Assembly (NCBI RefSeq): GCF_964204865.1
Contig: NC_135258.1
Coordinates: 12,586,001 to 12,650,000, forward strand
From: Styela clava
Taxonomy: Eukaryota
Length of the DNA stretch: 64,000 nucleotides
Direction of reading: 5' to 3'
A program made the translations under genes and the position numbers. The notes under the pieces are model-generated. The model made no database searches. It was given only the letters and a program-made list of their open reading frames with translations, and was not told where the DNA came from. Below, one piece after another: positions 62,045-64,000 of the stretch; position 1 is the stretch's first letter; every line of letters begins with the position of its first letter.

Positions 62045-62099
62045 CTGAATTACCATAAGTAAAATATTACTATTTTAATATCACCAGCATACCTGTATC

Positions 62100-64000
62100 C
62101 TACAGTTCTTGATGACTCATTTCTGTGCCTTCAGGTCGTACAAACCGGCCCAGAAAGAGTATCTGGCGAATTTTGTTGTGATGTATCATCCATATGAATG
62201 GATGATCAGCAAAATATCTGATGGCAAGATCAAGTGAGCGTGCCATAATCCGGACAGTGGTGGCCGCAGCCGCCGTGCTGCCCTCTTCAGTAACCTGATG
62301 GAAATTGTATAAGATTCACTAGTATTCAATAATATTCTCCTAAACTGAAAAAATGTCAAACTTGCCTCTAGTACACCTTTGTGAAAAATGGCATCAACGA
62401 AGAGTGATTTGTCACCACTTATTCCAGATAGGTCTGCTTGGCCGGATGAAAATATATCTTTGATTCCCAGGTTTTGCAATGATTTTTGAAGTTCAATGCC
62501 AGCCTCCACTTTAAATTTTGGTAATGTGATCTAAAATCAACACAATCATGAACTGATTTAATCGAGATTTCAGTAAAGATGTAATTCCTGCATAGCGATG
62601 AAGGTTGTAACCCACATAATCGTGTATATATTTAAGCATTTGAAATAAAATCGTGTTTTTCTATACTTTAACGAATATAATTGAATTACTCAGTATTGTC
62701 ATAACCAACCCAACTGATGACCATAAGACAGACTTGATTAAAAATTCATATTTAAATAGATTTGATCATGTACATTATTTGAAGAAATTGAGACTTACGT
62801 CAACAGTTTCGTATTCCATGTTGGAAATCCAATTGGTAAGGTTCTCATAGTTTAAGTTCTTCTCAACAGATGCAAGATCAAAATTGTCCGGCAGGAAAAG
62901 ATACATGCTGATATCTTGGCCAACGTAAGGCAATTCCAAAACCTGAAGATTCAATGATTCAATATACCGAAAACGAAACTTTCCTGTAAAAATTAGAAAT
63001 AAGAATTACTTAAAATTTACATTATGTATACAATACTTATTTCCTAAATTGGTTTAAAAAAATGAAACGCTTCTCTCGCTCACCTCGTTGATACATGAAG
63101 TGAGTATTGATAACTCTGTAATGAGACACATAAAATGCTCTTTCATCAGTGTGCATTGGTGAAAAGCCAGAGTGCCATTCACCAGTAAAATAAAGGGTGT
63201 TGACAAGGACCAAAGCAGTTGTCGCATCTAGATCGTCATCGTTGAGCATATTTGGAATGAGGTCGCCAGTTTCTTGAGAGATCCATTTATTAATGTGAGA
63301 TACAGATGTCTTGTCCCCAAAATCCAACTGTAAAAAGAATTAAGTCTAATTATTATATGAACACTCTCATATTAGCATGCAATGTAAGTTTATATACACA
63401 CATCTTCAATTTTCGCTCCAAACACTGAGAGAGCATTTCTATAGTCATTCAACACACTGGCAGTCTTTGAAATGAATGCTCCATTCGCACCTTTCAGGGT
63501 GATGTTGTCTTTAGGCTACAAAAAAAGTTTGGCATAAAAAACATACATAAGTAAAAACCCATAAAATGAAATGTGTATATTTTTTGATTCTGAGAATTGT
63601 ATGAAAATATTAATATAGTCTAAGATTACCTTGTCAAAAAGAAGTCCATTCAGTTCACCAAATGCTGAATTGATTAGTGATGCTTCAACATCTTTTAAAT
63701 GAAGGGCTTCTGCAATTTGTTTAGTGGAATTTTCTTTCGTTCCTAACTTCACCATTGCCAAAGCTGTTAAATAGTGCAATTTCATTACAAGTCATAATAT
63801 TACCATTTTCAATAATTTCGTAAGGGATTGCAACATCTTTAAAAAATGAAAGCGATATTATTGCTTATAATATCATTATACTCTTATACAAGATAGACAA
63901 ACCTGCTGAGACGCTGACTGGAGAGAATACCACATTTACTGTTTTGGGTTGTGCAATAATTTCCCTGTAGAGATCCACAGCGAACTTCGAATTTGCTGCT
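62100..64000 (-). CDS. Serpin isoform A (inhibitory RCL, C-terminal HQEL); 5' end beyond window; exons >64000-63903, 63763-63630, 63515-63402, 63327-63084, 62983-62799, 62530-62366, 62294-62100
   Basis: Serpin motifs NVVFSPVSV, INKWISQET..IPNML, LVLVNTLYFTGEW, QVLELPY, ITLPKFK, ADLSGIS. Last coding exon: VTEEGSTAAAATTVRIMARSLDLAIRYFADHPFIWMIHHNKIRQILFLGRFVRPEGTEMSHQEL*. Confidence 0.9.

Noticed and set aside
62237-62252. Furin/proprotein-convertase specificity of RCL A
   Set aside because: The upstream Arg is at P5 (RIMAR), not P4, so the R-X-X-R consensus is not met.
62186-62365. ORF-track tail ..LEASLTFFQFRRILL.. as the serpin C-terminus
   Set aside because: It is read-through of the GC-AG intron; the true RCL is in a different frame.

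Overview
AT-rich, intron-containing animal genomic DNA. The compact gene spacing, many single-exon housekeeping genes and splice acceptors just upstream of start codons suggest an ascidian/tunicate, which is an inference. Nine protein-coding genes are recognisable: FBXO22-like (+), TMA7 (+, 3 exons), TSEN54 (+), B9D2 (-), IFT122 (+, 26 coding exons), an ETNPPL/PHYKPL-like PLP enzyme (+, 12 coding exons), UBE2W (+), DPP3 (+), and a serpin (-) whose 5' end lies outside the window. Intergenic and intronic space holds a tRNA-derived SINE family, several non-autonomous hAT/MITE families with 8-bp TSDs, a Helentron-like element, a decayed piggyBac transposase and a ~1.6-kb tandem duplication. The most striking feature is the serpin's 3' end. 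A non-canonical GC donor feeds two alternative reactive-centre-loop exons: one encodes an inhibitory Arg-Ser loop ending in HQEL, the other a non-inhibitory, HSP47/SERPINH1-like C-terminus ending in HDEL. All homology calls come from manual translation and remembered motifs; no searches were run.
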